From Gammaproteobacteria bacterium (lineage in GTDB: Bacteria > Pseudomonadota > Gammaproteobacteria > Eutrophobiales > Eutrophobiaceae): a stretch of DNA of 64,000 bases. The stretch is from NCBI GenBank assembly GCA_965215365.1, contig CBDCDS010000003.1:2080001-2144000 (forward strand). The letters are read 5' to 3'. The number at the start of each line of letters is the position of its first letter. Within the stretch, counting starts at the first letter, position 1. Shown here piece after piece: positions 62,437-64,000 of the stretch. The notes below the pieces were generated by a model that was not told the origin of the DNA, ran no database searches, and was given only the letters and a program-made list of their open reading frames with translations. The translations under genes were made by a program, and so were the position numbers.

Positions 62437-64000
62437 TTACAGCAATCCATGCACGAATATTGCCAGCAGCAGCAACAGGCCGATAATCATGGCAAACGCG
62501 TAGTGGTACAGATAACCGGTTTGCAGTGTTCTGACGGAAGCAGAAAGTTTGCGCACCGCCCGAGCCGTACCGTTCACCAGCAAATTATCTATGAGGCGCG
62601 CGTCACCCCATTGCCAAAGCGCCTGGCCGGCGCTGCGGGCACCGCGGGCAAAGACCGCCTCATAGACCTCATCAAAATAAAATTTCCGCTCCAACAACCA
62701 GTGCGCCGGGGCAAGCCAAGCGGCAATCCTAGCAGGTATCTGAGGAAACACGATATAACATAACCAGGCCACCAGGATCCCGGACAGCGTCAGCCAGACC
62801 GGCGCATGCTTCCAGGCATTCAAGAAGATATCAATGGCACCGGAATAATGGGACGTCAGTTCATGGAACCAGACGGCGTGTTCGGCGGCGACTTCGATAG
62901 ATGCCTGATAGTAATTGCCCAGCACCATGGGGGTAACCAGAAACGCGCCGATAACCAATGACGGCACTGCCAGCGCCAACAACGGGAAGCACACCACAGC
63001 CGGCGCTTCGCGCAAGCGCTCCCAGGTCTGCCGGCCAAACCTTTCCTTGCCGTGGAAAGTCAGGAAAAACAGGCGGAAAGAATACAAGGCGGTGATAAAG
63101 ACACCGGCCAACACGGCCAGATAGGCGATATTGGCAAAGGGAAGTTGCGCATAATGTACCGCTTCGATGATGGCGTCCTTGGAGAAAAAACCGGAGGTGA
63201 ATGGGAAACCGACCAAAGCCAGTGAACCGACCAGGGCGGTAAACCAGGTGATCGGCATATAGCGGTACAGCCCACCCATCTTGCGCAAGTCCTGTTCATG
63301 GTGCAGCATGATAATCACGGAACCCGCCGCCAGGAACAACAGCGCCTTGAAAAACGCATGGGTCACCAGATGAAAGATCGCCACCGAGTAGGCCGACGCG
63401 CCCAGCGCTACCGTCATATAGCCCAGCTGCGACAAGGTGGAATAGGCAATGACCCGTTTTATATCGTGTTGCACCAGCGCTAGCAGGCCCATGAAGAACG
63501 CGGTGAGCGCGCCAATAAGCAGGATCAGACTCAGCGCAGTCTCCGACAACTCATACAGGGGCGACATGCGCGCCACCATAAAGATGCCCGCCGTCACCAT
63601 GGTGGCGGCGTGAATCAGCGCCGAGATGGGGGTCGGACCCTCCATGGAATCAGGTAGCCAGACATGCAGCGGCACCTGTGCAGATTTGCCCATGGCGCCG
63701 ATAAACAGGCAGATACAGATGAAACTCAGTACCGACCAGTCCAGACCCGGAAGCAGCGACAGGGTAGTATCGTGTAGCACCGATGCCTGCCCGAACACCT
63801 GCATGTAGTCCAGTGAATTAAAATACCTGAGCAGCGCGGCGATACCGATGAGAAAACCGAAATCCCCCACCCGGTTGACGAGAAAGGCCTTGAGGCCGGC
63901 GTGAGTGGCGGAGTCGCGCTTGAACCAGAAACCGATCAACAGGTACGACACCAGTCCCACCGCTTCCCAACCGAAGAACAACTGGACGAAGTTGTTGGAC
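62437..64000 (-). CDS. nuoL: NADH-quinone oxidoreductase subunit L (5' end outside window)
   Basis: GKSAQVPLHVWLPDSMEGPTPISALIHAATMV, DIKRVIAYST.SQLG, HAFFKALLFL. Confidence 0.97.
   Translation of the reverse strand, partial: SNNFVQLFFGWEAVGLVSYLLIGFWFKRDSATHAGLKAFLVNRVGDFGFLIGIAALLRYFNSLDYMQVFGQASVLHDTTLSLLPGLDWSVLSFICICLFIGAMGKSAQVPLHVWLPDSMEGPTPISALIHAATMVTAGIFMVARMSPLYELSETALSLILLIGALTAFFMGLLALVQHDIKRVIAYSTLSQLGYMTVALGASAYSVAIFHLVTHAFFKALLFLAAGSVIIMLHHEQDLRKMGGLYRYMPITWFTALVGSLALVGFPFTSGFFSKDAIIEAVHYAQLPFANIAYLAVLAGVFITALYSFRLFFLTFHGKERFGRQTWERLREAPAVVCFPLLALAVPSLVIGAFLVTPMVLGNYYQASIEVAAEHAVWFHELTSHYSGAIDIFLNAWKHAPVWLTLSGILVAWLCYIVFPQIPARIAAWLAPAHWLLERKFYFDEVYEAVFARGARSAGQALWQWGDARLIDNLLVNGTARAVRKLSASVRTLQTGYLYHYAFAMIIGLLLLLAIFVHGLL

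Overview
A roughly 60% GC gammaproteobacterial core-genome window. It runs from a photolyase 3' end through the minus-strand rpsB-tsf-pyrH-frr-uppS-cdsA-dxr-rseP-bamA-skp-lpxD-fabZ-lpxA-lpxB-rnhB-dnaE-accA-tilS cluster. It then carries map-glnD, nadB opposite rpoE-rseA-degP, smc-ligA, dksA-tlpA-hemJ-thiD-thiE-hemL, an AttE/FG/H-like ABC cluster, a POT transporter, ubiX, nhaD-sco-psd and nuoL-M-N. Five things stand out. (1) Ribosomal protein uS2 is fused in frame, through a long flexible linker, to an alkyltransferase-like (ATL/YbaZ-type, PWYRI) damage-recognition domain. (2) At 40014-40992 small elements are nested four levels deep: a 245-bp TA-flanked MITE holds a 150-bp-core MITE, which holds two 72-nt four-hairpin modules, one of which holds a perfect 6x72-bp array of a third variant of that module. 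The three variants differ in sequence but keep the same predicted fold and length. (3) The 245-bp MITE family repeatedly ends 7-8 nt upstream of start codons. (4) A 1726-aa Calx-beta autotransporter-like gene is inserted between rseP and bamA. (5) zipA and rseB/C are absent from their usual positions. An intact IS481-family element with a 5-bp target duplication and two small gene relics are also present. All calls come from reading the sequence and recognising motifs; no searches were run.
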